Source: Catajapyx aquilonaris
Taxonomy: Eukaryota
DNA: 39,649 nt
NCBI GenBank assembly: GCA_000934665.2
Contig: KZ538935.1
Span: 1 to 39,649, forward strand
Direction: 5' to 3'
The notes under the pieces: generated by a model
Database searches by the model: none
What the model was told of the DNA's origin: nothing
Seen by the model: only the letters and a program-made list of their open reading frames with translations
Shown: piece by piece, positions 1 through 13,200 of the stretch
Position numbering within the stretch: the stretch's first letter is position 1
How the letters are laid out: each line of letters begins with the position of its first letter
Translations under genes and position numbers: made by a program

Positions 1-1090
1 TTTTCGCTGTGCAGTTCAGTTTTAAAATCTAGCATTGCAAGGTACCACTTTAGCGGGTAAGAAGGGAAGGAGCAAGCCCCATCCCTGGAGTGGAGGCGTT
101 CAAAAATAATTTCATTTATCTTTAATTGTCTTCTGAGAGGAATTGCTACCACTAATTCCACAAATGAATTTTAAAAACATTGTTTGGAGGATAGAGCACT
201 ATGTGAGTGATCCATTAAGGGGTATTTCAACTTTCAGCTTTCATCCGTTCTGCTTTTGTAGCACCAATTAGGTCCTAATATTCTCATTGGTTGTTTGTCG
301 CCAATTTTGTCGATATTTTAAAACTAAATTTTTTTTCTCGTTTCTTATTGGGAACATGTTCAGAAAATGCAATAGGAACTGACATTGCGTTAAAAAATTC
401 TTCTCAGGTCTCAGGAGGATATGTAATCTCCCATCATGCTATCATTGTACTGTCCTTGGTATACATATGATTGTCCTGGTCACAAAAGCAAACTTTTTAC
501 ACCATAATTGCCATTTTCTGTACTTTCTAGACACGGGGAAACTGAAACACACAATAAATGCCCAAACACAAACATGAAGTTAAAATTTGTTACATAGTGT
601 TATTAAGCAAGCATACAATAATGTGCTCTAGTATTGAATTAAAAGTAGGCCACATAAACATGTCAACCAAAGTGTACTTACCACATATCAATGAAAATGC
701 ATTGATCTCTAAACAACCATTTAGTTAAGCCAGTGAGGATGATAAATGATAGGATGATAAATTATCCCATAAATAGCCCTGCATGAGCTTGAGTAATTTG
801 ACCACAGAAAATAGGAAAATACTACAGGCTTCTTCTAATTATGTCACTTGGAAAACAATACTTTCATCTCTGAGAGTGACATTATTCCCCCTCTACTTCC
901 ACAGAATTTTGTGAAAGATGTATGATAACGCAAGATAGGCTGTCTTGGTCAAGTGAACATTTATTTTAAAAACTCTTAAGTGAGTTAAAGTTTTTCAAAT
1001 GTGTTGTGATTCCCATATAAATGCAACTAAAAATTTCATGTTAATTCAAAAAATATTCTGCTTATACAGTATTTTCGTTGCATGTAACAG

Positions 1091-1318
1091 AATGGATCGT
1101 TTCTTGAATGCAGCAATTACATAACAGGTTTCACCATCTGTGGGTTGCATCTTCCGAGGCTCAACCTGCATTATTTTGCAGTTGACAGGACAACAGCATG
1201 GAAAGAACTGTTGCAGTTATGGCATAGGATTAATTATCCACTCAGATCCATATATATCAGCGGGCACAATAGATTTGTAAACTACACGCTGAAGCAACTA
1301 AACGCTTGTATAGTCTGA
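1091..1318 (+). CDS. Probable terminal coding exon of an unidentified gene whose upstream exons lie outside the window
   Basis: An acceptor-like ttttcgttgcatgtaacag is followed by a stop-free 75-codon frame (NGSFLECSNYITGFTICGLHLPRLNLHYFAVDRTTAWKELLQLWHRINYPLRSIYISGHNRFVNYTLKQLNACIV*) ending TGA at 1316-1318. Family not recognised. Confidence 0.5.
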   Translation, partial: NGSFLECSNYITGFTICGLHLPRLNLHYFAVDRTTAWKELLQLWHRINYPLRSIYISGHNRFVNYTLKQLNACIV

Positions 1319-1638
1319 CTTTCTAAAGTTTGGATTGTGGCGATTTGATTACAAATAACTTTACGCAATTACAGTCTGTAAAAAATCAGCATGCATGCAA
1401 TGGTAGTAGTAAATGTAAGGGTACATAATTTGCCTGAAAATGTCTTTTCCCTAGGACACAGTTCTCCAAACTACCATGGGTTGCACTGTAGTTGTCACCA
1501 GCAGGTATCCACAGATTCCAGTAGTGCCAACACTCCCGAGTAAAGCCAATTGAAGGTAAACGTCCTAAACCTCTTGGAACAAAACCCCTCAAATGATCTT
1601 AAATTTGTCTTGAGAGAATCAAAATTGGCTGTAATAAG

Positions 1639-2391
1639 TAGATAAAGGACTTCTAGGTTTCTACCTACTTTTTATTCTGCAGGCAGAACACCGGAACTAA
1701 AATATCTATCCGCTTCATAACACAAGGACCTCAAAAATCCTGGTTTTATAGAACCTAAAATTACCTATTTCGGGCGGTGGAACCTAATTGGCCGATTAGC
1801 GCCTATTTCCACCTTTTTGACGCCGTTTTGTAAGATTTTCGAGAGTTCCGCGGGTTTTCCGTTCAAGGAATCCCTCCCACTTCCATCTATGAAGGGCAAC
1901 GCTGCTGCTGTAGGCATGCCAGATGATCTGGCTGTAGAAGATATTTCACTTTTTAAGTATGATCCAGTTGCTACGTGTGACGTCAAAAGGTCATTTTTAA
2001 TGTGTAGAAAATGTATTGTCAGACAGACATTGCCGAATAACTACAATTAACCAACGAAAATATGGAACAACTGCTAGTTTGTTACTGTGCTGCAAAATTA
2101 CATAGCCAGAAATAGGCTGTAATATTGTGTAGAAATGAAAATCAATTAGGAACTGCTTCATTTTTACTGCCTATAAGAGCCTATTTTGACTGTTTTCAGG
2201 GCCTAAATGCCTACCTATTGATGGTTTTTTAGAACCTAGAAATCCGTTCCTTGGGGTGGATTCATCAATTGTCGTAAGTCAAATTTTCGTCGTAACCAGC
2301 AGTAACAATAGTTAGTTAATTATTAGTAATATGGTTACTACCCGTTACAACGAAAATTTGACTTACGTCATTTGATGAATCCATCCCCAGA
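1639..2391 (+). mobile_element. Internally deleted hAT-type DNA transposon remnant
   Basis: 8-bp direct repeat GTAATAAG at 1631-1638 and 2392-2399. Degenerate TIRs (tagataaaggacttctaggtt / aacctagaaatccgttcct). ORF 1817-2050 has FKYDPVATCDVKRSF, resembling the hAT C-terminal TS.DVERSFS motif. Confidence 0.7.
2253..2388. mobile_element. Small palindromic MITE (GGGG...CCCC ends, Harbinger-like) inserted in the hAT right terminus
   Basis: ggggtggattcatcaattgtcgtaagtcaaattttcgtcgtaac is mirrored by gttacaacgaaaatttgacttacgtcatttgatgaatccatcccc. TSD not clean. Confidence 0.75.
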
Positions 2392-3673
2392 GTAATAAGT
2401 GACAATGATATGAAATTTGAGCCAGGGACATTTCAGGGTGGAGCATAAAATAGTTTTCAGGGGAGCACACACAACTCGCATGTCATTTTACAGGAATTTG
2501 AAGCCTCAGCTGCTTCCATTCCTTGTTTATGCACCACCTTGTTACTACATGACATTAAAACTGCTTCCATGTTATACTCCTGACACACAAATGCATATTC
2601 AGGAGTGAAAAATAGGAAATGGTAAAAAAGAATACACCATTACACTGGATCCCCAATTATCAGGGAGCGGACTATCCATTTTCAGTGCAGATTATCCGTG
2701 CATAGCAAAAAAAAAAAGCGCTAGAAACAAAAGTCCCTAAGAATGTCAATATGTCTCGCTAACCAAGAAACGTAAGAGATTTTTTCCATAAGGCCAATTA
2801 ATAATAATCTATGCTAAGCTTTATTATCATAATTAAACTTGATTTGAAGCAGCACATAATGGACGTGCGGCCGATGCATTCATAGATAGCCAGATAGCTA
2901 CTGTTGCTTTGGTTCCTTCTCAATCAAACAATAAAGCAGCATACAGTATTATGTACAGTAGTTCATTTATAATCTCTGAATAGCTCATATTTACATTGGC
3001 TAGGGCTATTTTAGGACTGTCCATGTTTTCCAAATATCCAGGCACACCCATGCATTAATTAGCATGGTAGTGCAGTGTACTTGTGTAAATTTTCTTACAA
3101 TTTATTGCAAATTATATTAGTATATGTGGATGAAACAGAACTACTAAAACACAGCCTATTTTATTCCCATTATTTCAGAATGAGATCATAAACGCATGCT
3201 TGCCATATAGCAGCCATTGCACTGCACCAAGATCTAGACCCTACTACACCAGGTCTGTACGCCAGTCTGATGGTCCGTCCTGTCCCAACACTCACACCTC
3301 CCTATAGAAAACGATACTGAGTGCCCGCACCACACTACCCTATACTGTACATCTTGCCAATGAACAGAAGGATGTGACCAGGGTACTCTAACACTCTGCT
3401 ACTCTTGGTGTATGTTTTCCCTTCTTTTCAATTGGCATGGTCCCAGATGTATTGGCGAATCCACTTTTTGGACTGTTATCAAAAATTCACTGTCACCACA
3501 TGATTACAAATGGTCATCATACAGTGGTGACACTCTATGATGGTAAAATGCCTATCTGGCATGAAGCAGGCATCTCATGTCAACACAACTGACCTTATGT
3601 CATAATTAGGCAATTGAAAAGTTTTGCTCATGTAACTTGGTATCAAGCGAACTATCTCTATGATTACCATTGA

Positions 3674-3820
3674 GGGCCGTTTTCTCGAACAGTGGTTAAA
3701 ATGTACACCAGGTTCAAAGCCAGTTTAATCCCTGATTTGATTGTTGTTAGGCTGTTGTCAAAGGTTTAAATCGGCTTTGAACCGGGATTACATTTGAACC
3801 ACTGTTCGAGAAAACGCCCC
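3674..3820. mobile_element. PIF/Harbinger (Tourist-like) MITE, 147 bp
   Basis: TIR gggccgttttctcgaacagtgg / ccactgttcgagaaaacgcccc with 3-bp TSD TGA. A second copy is at 26912-27058. Confidence 0.9.
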
Positions 3821-3949
3821 TGAGTGTTGAGTCAATTTCTGGCAATAGCCACACAAGTCAGGATTCTGAGTCTGGGTATGATCACATGAAACAAATTCTG
3901 CTTCTCAAAGCTTGCTGTAACTCATTACACTTATACCCCCACGACATAC

Positions 3950-4405
3950 CCTGTAGCATACAACGACCTGACGAATAAAATTATCCGGCATGCTCCAAGT
4001 AGCTCCCTTAACGCCTGCAAGAACTCACATCCTTCAAATTATGCTCCACTTTCCAAGTAACCTGCGTGACCCAAACTCTTAATTTAAATGCCACCTTTAT
4101 GATGTGTATATGCTGTACCCTACTTTGCATACCTATTATTATCCTCACCTTACTAAAGCACGATATTGGGTCTCCGGGTACCATCATCTGCTTCCGAGAC
4201 TCTCCCCGTTCGTTTCCCATACACAAGGAGGCCCAAGCCGCCTCCGAGAGGCCTATGGAACACGAATTTTCTCCGCCTCCAAAAAAATCCTCTCCTGCAT
4301 TTTCCCCCAATATGGCGCAGCCGCAGACGCGACACTTGAGACATCTGACGGAGGATGCGGCAAGTTCAATACCCAAAGGAGCGAAAAGGAGGGCCAAATA
4401 ATAAT
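3950..4405 (+). mobile_element. Possible 3' end of a LINE (degenerate RT C-terminus, GC-rich 3' UTR, short TAA tail)
   Basis: Peptide trace NKIIRHAP resembles Jockey-type QNK.LR...AP. A GC-rich block ends in aaataataat. Confidence 0.35.
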
Positions 4406-4699
4406 TGCTACTTTTTCAGTCACGTTTTTACCAGTATTTCACATTTGTGATCAAATTAATGACCACCCGTTGTTGGCGTGACAACTGATGGAATTTTGGG
4501 GATTTATTGGGATATCATTAAAAATATATCCTGTTGGGCTCATTGATATTTCAAAAACTTTGTAAAGGAAATGTTGCTATGAGCAGAGCAGACAGCCATA
4601 ATGTACAGATATGGAATTGCTTATTCAAGTGTTATCACACAATTTCCCAAAAAAGGAGTGTTAATTTGTTGAACACAACTACCGGTACTGTACCTTATT

Positions 4700-5160
4700 A
4701 ACTGTTATTCCTCCAGCATTTTCACAGTTCTAACTGTTAAGGAGGTAGTAATTACATTGCACTAGTAGGCTATACACCTTACCTCATGCACCAGAGACAC
4801 TTCAAGGTGGTCTGGCTGTGGTCCAGTGATGCTCTGGGCATTTGCCACTCCATTGTATTGTTGCGATAACTTCAAGTGATGCGAGACTTTGGAGACAATA
4901 AGTTGTCGTGCTTTGCATATGATAATTGAAATATGCAAGTACTTTGTGTCCAACGCATGAGATACTGGTATGACAGCTCTCCATCTTTCCAAGCCTCCTA
5001 TCACTGTAAGTTATTATGCTTTGAGAAGATAGCTATAATAATGCACTGAAACTATGCAAACTTCTCCATGTAGAAGTTCCTTTTCAGCAGTGACCCAAAC
5101 TGGCAGCACTATCCAGAGCAGCCCAAGAAATGTACTTGGAATATGCTTACATCACTTATA
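4700..5160 (-). mobile_element. Highly decayed LINE reverse-transcriptase remnant
   Basis: Minus-strand traces resemble LEYAASVW, LEKVQ and EWN.LP, with many indels. Confidence 0.3.
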
Positions 5161-7031
5161 TATGCCAATTGGTTATTTTTCCTAAAAAATAAATGACCAA
5201 AAATTAACCCATTTAAGTAGTCTTCATCACGCCACATTTATGAGTGTTGAAATGTAGCCCAATTCAGTCACAAAATTTTGACAAAATTTTATTGACTAAG
5301 TTTACATGCTACTAGGAAAATGGGTTAAATCAAAAACTGCTTTTGTAGTTGTCCTCCCAGTTCCAAGTTGTTCATTTGCTTGCGAGTCATCCGCACACAG
5401 GTACTATGTGATACCATAGAGGGCAGGCATGCCAAAATCAAACCAAATTAACACTAATAGCTTATTAGCAGGCCCGTTACTTCCAATAAAACTTTTCCTC
5501 CACCTTCCCATTCACACATACCCATTCTTTCTACTTCTTGCCTCCCTCGTCATGTAACTACACAAGACCCTAGGAAAAGTGCAGTCAATTCTTATCAGTA
5601 TAATTTCTACATTTTCATGCAAAGATTGAAGGTAGAAAATACTGCTGTTCAGTTTGGCTCATTGTTCCTGTAACATGCAAATGGATCATTCAAGTTCAGG
5701 TTTTAGAAAATTGTTCTTCTATTTCCAAACCCCAAAACGTGTTTTAATAGTGACATGTAAACTAAGTCATTGTCAGAATTTGGCAACCAAAGTCATGCCA
5801 AAATAAATCAAAAAGAAGCACATCTTGCTATCTGTTTTATTAACATTCACAAGAATATTACTGAAATTGTAGATCATGGAAACATTGAAAAGAAGTGAAA
5901 AAAAAGTTCAAAGGAGTGGTTTTTTTCAAGAAAACCAATGAAATTAAGTGTACCAAGGGAATGAAGATATTAAAATTATATTCTGGGCATGGCACTCATT
6001 TACGATGTTGATCTATGACTTCATTGTAATTATTCCCAGTACAGCCCCAGAAAATTAACTACAAAAAAGTACATAACGATTCTCACACTTTGGTCTGCTT
6101 AGAACAAAATAACAATACAAAGAGAAACAAAAAAGCACAAAGAATCAGTCACAGGATCAGTGTACACGAGCTATGAGTACTACGGGTATACTGTATAGAG
6201 AAAGATATTTTAAAGCTCTAATTGTGGTTAACAGGAAATTCTGTACAGATATATTTTTCACTCTCATTTTCTCAGGGGAGGGTGTAAATAATATTAAATG
6301 TGATGACCACTGACTGCCACAATGTGGAACACAAAAATATATCTACAATAGGGGATTTTGGAAGCAATTTTTGCAAAGTAAAATTATCTGGCCGACTCTC
6401 CCAATCGCATTTGCTGATTGTCTCCTTTCGAGAGAAGTCCAACATAAGTTATGCATTCGTTGATTTATTAAAGCACCAAATAAACATCGTGTCAAAAGTC
6501 CTTCCAAGTTTTCTGGTGTAAGAACACCTACCAAGATTATTTTCGAGTTGCTGACATGTCACATAATTCCGCACAATAAATAAATGTCATCAGAGCTGGT
6601 TTTGTAAAGTAAATCCAATAATGCTTGCTAACTCGAAACACTTCACCAAACATATACACCATTAAAAATAAGGAATGACAACCAAACATGTGCAGCATAT
6701 TATTTTGACTGTATGTAATTATGCCCACAGGGTTGAAAAAGTACCTATATCTATCTACCGTATTACAAATTACCTGATTTATATAATATACTTCTTTTTC
6801 CTTCAAAACAGTTTGCATTGATATTTATTTTTTAATGCTACGTATCTCCCAGCCCACCCCAAAAATTTTCTAACAAGGAACATTGGTTAACGAGATTTTT
6901 CAGCTCAGGGGGGGAGAGGGCAAAGGTTGGGGGAGAAGGGAGGGGGGAAAAAGGATAAAAAATAAACAGGTCATGGGGCACATCCATGTCCTCCCTAAGT
7001 TTTAGTCAAATAATATTGGAATGGTTACTTT

Positions 7032-7202
7032 TTACATGATAAATATTTTGTCTTGGTGACTGAGCATGTAGTCTGTAAACATGTTGATGGGTCCAATGGC
7101 AGCTAATGAGAGCTGTCGGTTTTGGGACCAGACCAGATTGGGACCAAACACCACCGCCAAGTTTGAGGAGGTCATCTTGTTCAAGTCACACCGATCCGTC
7201 AC
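7032..7202 (-). CDS. RhoGAP68F: RhoGAP coding exon 8 (last)
   Basis: Acceptor attgacag; [56 protein letters not shown], then TAA. Confidence 0.95.
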   Translation of the reverse strand: MTDRCDLNKMTSSNLAVVFGPNLVWSQNRQLSLAAIGPINMFTDYMLSHQDKIFIM

Positions 7203-10200
7203 CTGTCAATAGAATAACATGTAAATTTCAAGGATCATAATATATGCAGAAGAATAATCTGCAAGCTATCCTACGTGCACTAGTAATAAAATTTATTATA
7301 TTATTATTCCCTCCACAAATACTAGATATAATGCTGTATTGCATCTCGACCATACACAAGTATAAAGGGTCATCCAACAAGGCAGAAACACTGCTTATAG
7401 ATATTCTACTTATGAGGATGGATATAAAATAGTGGCAACTCCTCTAAATGGGATTTAAACATTTATGTATATTATCCTGATTCGGTCGGGATGCTTAAAC
7501 GCACCCAGCCCAAGTGCACCTGGGACGAAACTCCCCCGGCCCAAACGCACCCTGGAATGAATGCACTCGGCCCCTACCGCATTCAGCCTAAGTGCACCTG
7601 TCCCAATATCCTCCAGCCCAAAGTCTCCCAGCCTAGCCGCACTTCGGCCCGGCCTCATATGAGCTTTGCTTCACCCGGCCTAATCGCACTCGGACTTTGC
7701 CGCACCCAGCCCAGGAGCATCTGCTCCAAGGTCCCCCAGCCCAAAGTCTCCCAGCCTAGCCGCACTTCGGCCCGGCCGCATAGGAGCTTTGCTTCACCCG
7801 GCAATCCCAGCGATTTCGTCGTCTTTTCTTACGTGAAGATAGGGCTGTATCCGCTGACGATAGGCCTGTATCCGCTGAAGATAGGGCTGTATACGCTGAG
7901 GATAGGGCTGTATCCGCAACGAGTGAAGGTTAGGTTAGGTTAGGTTGGGTTAGTACATCGTACTAAGCATACTAAACATACTAAGCAAAGCTTCGGTGCG
8001 GCTGGGCTGGGAGAATTAGGGCTGGGGGATCTTGAGGCAGGTGCATTTGGGCTGGGTGCGGCAAAGTCCGGTCGCGGTTGTTACCGAGTGAAGCTTAGCC
8101 TGGGTGCGTTTAGGCCGGGTGTACTTGGGCCGAGTGCGGCCAAGACCGGGTGTCTTTGTTCCCATATGCTCCTGGGCTGAGTGCGATTAGGGCTGGTGCG
8201 ATCGTTACGGGGGTGTGCTTGCGCTGGTGCGCTTGGGCCAGGTGTTTTATTTCTCAGGTGCGCTTGGGCTGGGTGCGGTTAGGCCTACGGTCCTCCTGAT
8301 TCCATGATATATTCTGCAAAATTGTCACTATATTAAGATTTTTAGAGAACAATATGCACCTCTAATATTCATCATCATCTACTCTTGCCATAAAAATTAA
8401 AACTGAAATTCTAAAAAGTTCTGAACACCTGTCAACATTTTAAATGTGCAAAAATTATGCAAATTTCAGACCCAAATTTCCACAACTTAAGAAGAAAGTA
8501 AGAAACCCAGCCTCACAGTTTCAGCTATTATTATTAGAAACAACTTCCACAAAAAATTATTGTCCCACAGCAAAATCAATCCTAAAGTAGACTGCTATGT
8601 AAACATGTCCCACTAAATCTGATGGCATATATTATGGGGTTTAAATAATACCAGAAATAATAGTCCATTGCCATTTTTAGTCCCAAAAGAGGTGTAGTAG
8701 TAAAATGGCCTGTGCATACATGCACAGGAAAAAAAAGCAAGTGACCACTTTCCTTTTAGGGGGAAGGAAGAGTCCAAGTGCAAAGAGTTGTCGCTTTTGC
8801 TTTCTCAGGAAAGCAAGCTGCTCCCAAAATGAGAGTGGCAATTCCTAGATTCCATACCTGGGGACTGCCGCTCTCTCTTATTTTGCTCACACAACAGGAC
8901 AGCCCCCTGACACTCGTACCCCAGCTCTATATAAATCTCCATTCAGGGGGTCGACGGGGTGGTAATGCGGTAGGTGGCCATGCCTAGTGGGGCTCCTTGC
9001 ATTTAATAGAACACACGGTAGATTTCTATGTGATTTCGACAGTGTCTTCTATTAAATGCATCTTTGCCCGCTAGGCATTGCAGCAAGTGCTGCCATGGCC
9101 ACCTACTGCATTACCACCCGTCGACCCCCTGAATGCGTTAGGAGGGGGAGTGACCAGACCTGAGTGACCTTGCAACAGGATATGCTTTATTTTCATGCAC
9201 TTTATCCCTACCCTTCTGCCCCTGCACTTAGGCTGGGACTTTTCCTTCCTCCCAATGGAATGACGTCGGGTGCACTCTTTCATGTACCTGTGTGTAGAGT
9301 ATAAGGCCAACATTGGTGCCTTTTCCCTTTACTGCCTTTTGAGGGAAAGCCATTTATTTTAAGCCTGCAGACAGCAATGTTTTGTAATGGGTGAGTTTTT
9401 GGAGCATGTTTATATGTCAATGTGGTGATCACAAAATATTTTTCTTTACATTGTTTGGTTGTGGGGAGCATGCAGAGTACCCACCCACATGCTCAATACC
9501 ATTAGTGTTGAAGAATAATTGGTTGCCAAGTATTTATCAAGGATAAAGGGCTAAGGATCCACTTTGGCTCACTCATTGCAGATTTGTTCAAGCTCGCACC
9601 TTGGACAGGAACTGCATAATGTACTTGAGCACCCGGTAATTGTCTTCGGGTAGTTTCTCCATGATGATATTTTTGACCATGAGCGGCCTATCATCCTTTG
9701 GGATGGCCTGAAACTCGATGATCTCCTCAAAGAGGTCATAGGTCATAAGGGGTTCCTCTAGCTCCCTCAAGAAGGTCTTCATCATGACAGCTGCCAAATG
9801 GAAGTCCTGCTGAAAATCCACTGGCTCACCCGCATTCACCCTTCCACGGAGTTCCTTGACTAGGGCAATGTTGGCCGAGCGACGGAATATGCCCTCGGTT
9901 TCCAGTGCTGTGGAGGTGGTAAATTTAGTTATGGTTCGACACAGTAAATTTAGGAGTTTAATGATAGAGGTTTAAAATATCCTCCATATTAACACGTGTA
10001 AAAGCATAGCATGACATGAGCTCTTCCATTACTACACAGTACTATGCTTTAATGCTCGTGCCCATTCATCAACGATGGTTGGGGCAGGATTTCGGAGAAA
10101 TCCCATGTCCCAGGGAAGGTCTAGTCAACAACCTCTTCCCCCCACCCACCCTTTACCTCCAGGCATGTGCCTGGTGGGCTCCTTGTTACCTGATCAGTCG

Positions 10201-13200
10201 CCCCTGTGTGTCCTTGTCAAAAACGCAGCTACATTACACCTGAATACATATGGCACCTGTACTGCTCTTGCTCACAACCTACCAGCACATGAACAGTTTT
10301 AAACACGATAGTAGGGTATTTCTCAACGAACTGTAATATTCATCCTATAGTTAGCACAATCTCTGACAGATCTCCCTTGCAAGTTTTCCCAGCCCAATAC
10401 AATGCTGGAAGGCACAGCAAATTTAATAATTGCTTATTTCTAGTACCATGTACTTTTTTAAATTACTCATCAGTTACTCGAAAGGCAGGAAGAATTGTCT
10501 TCAGAATTATACATAAGAAATTTTCAACCACAAATAATACGGTCATTGTAATTTTTGTGCACATCTGAATTGTTTAATCAAGTTATGTACCATTGTGGCT
10601 GAAAATTGACACAGCTTGTAGAGGAACGTTCCTCAATAACTTTTTAACTATTGTATGATTCTCTCTGAAAATAGACATGTACTTACCTTGCATGATGCCA
10701 AACACGGTCTTCCTAGAGAATATACAGAAAATGGTCGCCTCCAGCATCCAAGCACTTTTGTTTGCGAGTCTGCATATTGGCGTATATATGTGCCAATGTG
10801 ATATCATAATGGCAGCAAACTCCCGCCGTGTCGGGGGCTAGAGGGCTCCAATGTTCTGGGCTTAATCCTGTATTTATGGCCCTTCAGTCAACCCCACAAG
10901 AAGAAATCAGGTGGTGTCAGATCTGGTGATCGTGGTGGCCACAGATTTTTCAAAATTAATCTGTCACCAGCGATGGTCCGGGCTCAGATCACCAGACCTG
11001 ACACCACCTGATTGCTTCTTGTGGGGTTGACTGAAGGGCCGCACATACACGATTAAGCCCAGAACAATTGGAGCCCTCTAGCCCCCGACACGGTGGGAGT
11101 TTGCTGCCATTATGATGTCACATTGGGACATATATACGCCAATATGCAGACTCGCAAACGAAAGTGCTTGGATGCTGGAGGCGACCATTTTCTGTATATT
11201 CTCTAGGAAGACTGTGTTTGGCATCATGCAAGGTAAGTACATGTCAATTTTCATAGAGAATCATACAATAGTTAAAAAGTTATTGAGGAATGTTGGGTTT
11301 CCATTCGAGAGAATCACCCTGTAGAAAGGCTTAATTGACTGACATTTTAACACTTTATCTACCGCCATAAGGAATTTTGTGCAGGTGGGGTTTGATTATA
11401 TTTAAAACCTGCGCCTTGTCATCAGCCACATCTGGATGAGCCAGCCGGTTTTCCCCCCCTCATAGCCAGCTGCATCGAATGCAACCTTTGAACCACAGCA
11501 TAATATTTACAAGTGGCCATGGGACGACATCTTGTATTTTTTCACTACTTTCTCCAATGAATCAAATGTAATGCGCCAAATTCAATGTCCAGAAATATTA
11601 TATCCGTGTTTAATAGTCTTTCACTATCGGCCTAATGATCTTCGAGAAATTCCTGAATATTCATTACAATTTAGGAAGTAAAACGGGAAATTGAGAAATT
11701 ACGCCATAAAATTAATTGCTGGAACCTATAACAAAGATGGCTGCAATGTCATTGGGTAATTGCTAATTACGTACTTTGTTATGCCTTGTTTTTCACCATA
11801 GTGCAATGAAATGATGCCCATAACTATTAGCTTTAACTCCAAAACGTTTCATTGGTAATTTTAGCGTGTCAGAAGGAAATATACGGCAACACTGCATGGA
11901 ATCAGACATGAGTGCTGTCAAGCATTGAACCCGCCCGAACGTAATCCTTTTTTTTTTTTTACTGTCTTATCGCTGGACCTAAACATGTCGGACTTTTACC
12001 ATGTATAGAAGAGGACCTGAGTCATGCACNNNNNNNNNNNNNNNNNNNCCCCCCCCCCCCCCCCAACATTTCATAACCGAAGTATTGACTTAAAAACATG
12101 AAATATTTGTCAGATGTACCTTATGTTGTAGTGATTCCGACAACATGTCACGCATTAACACCGTGACCTTGAAACTCGAGATACAGCGATTTTTTTCATT
12201 ATCCTGATTTTCGGGATAGCGGGAGATAAAGGGTTTAAAATATATAAATAAGCTTTTAGTAAAATGAAGATTGAATGGGAATAAGGGAGGAGGGGCCTGG
12301 GGGGCTGATGGGTGCAGGGAGGGGGGTTCAGCCATCGAGTTACAAATGAGAGGGTATATATTGAGGAAATTTAATCCCTCAAATGTTCCCAATACTGGGC
12401 TATGTTAGATAAAATACTTGAGTATTGTTGATGGCATTAGCTTTTTAGCAAGAGAAACCCTCCATGTGACTGACCATCAGGATGGCTGAGGCATTCGACA
12501 CATTGCCTGAGCACAGGTGGAATGACCTCTCCTCCGTTGTGGTCCTTTATGAACTGCAGGGATACCCCAAATTGCTGTGTATCCATTGGGGTGTGGAACG
12601 TTGCACTCTGAGAGAGAGGTAGCTTCGAGTTGGAAGCCATCAAGTCTCTGTCATGGCTGTAATTCAAACAAGGTGCCAGAAATTAGAGCTGTATTGAAAC
12701 ATTACCAAAAAGGGTTCCAGATAATAATAATAAAAGGGGCTGATCACAGATCTCTGGCACATTTGAGGGGTGTGGTGGAAAAACATGATAACTGACATTT
12801 TTGTCATTTTTGATCTAAACACCTAGCAACTATGTATAAGACATGACAAGCAGTTTGGTATACTCCAAGTTCATGTATCATGCATGAGACGGCCACAAGG
12901 ACTACATCAAAACCAGCATTCCCTATGATTTGTTAAGAAAATGGAAACTTCAATTCGCTCTCCTGAAAAATTACACCTTTGTCAGTTATCATGTTTTTCC
13001 ACCACACCCCTCATTTCATCACTTACTCTATAACAGGTTGTGGGATACAAAGTTGGTCCAAACTCAGGTGTTGCTTTAGCTCATGAAGATAGTTGACATA
13101 CATAACTTTCCTCCCGAACTTGACACTGAAAATTGTACAAGGTAGTCAGTTTTTGCAATATCAATGCAACAGAAGAAATGACAAGGAACAATAGATTTCT

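Noticed and set aside
2641..3080. Possible old pogo-type MITE (TAcactg...cagtgTA)
   Set aside because: The inverted match is too short and degenerate to support.
4008..4481. Cluster of overlapping ORFs over 100 aa
   Set aside because: Local GC richness in a probable retroelement 3' end; no protein motif or splice support.
7838..7917. Short regular repeats that look CRISPR-like
   Set aside because: These are contiguous 21-bp tandem units with no unique spacers, inside a eukaryotic MULE.
7491..7943. 150-aa repetitive ORF
   Set aside because: By-product of GC-rich MITE repeats.
11330..12410. Repeat-like DNA around the assembly gap
   Set aside because: Probably TE-derived, but I could not define termini, a TSD or a family.
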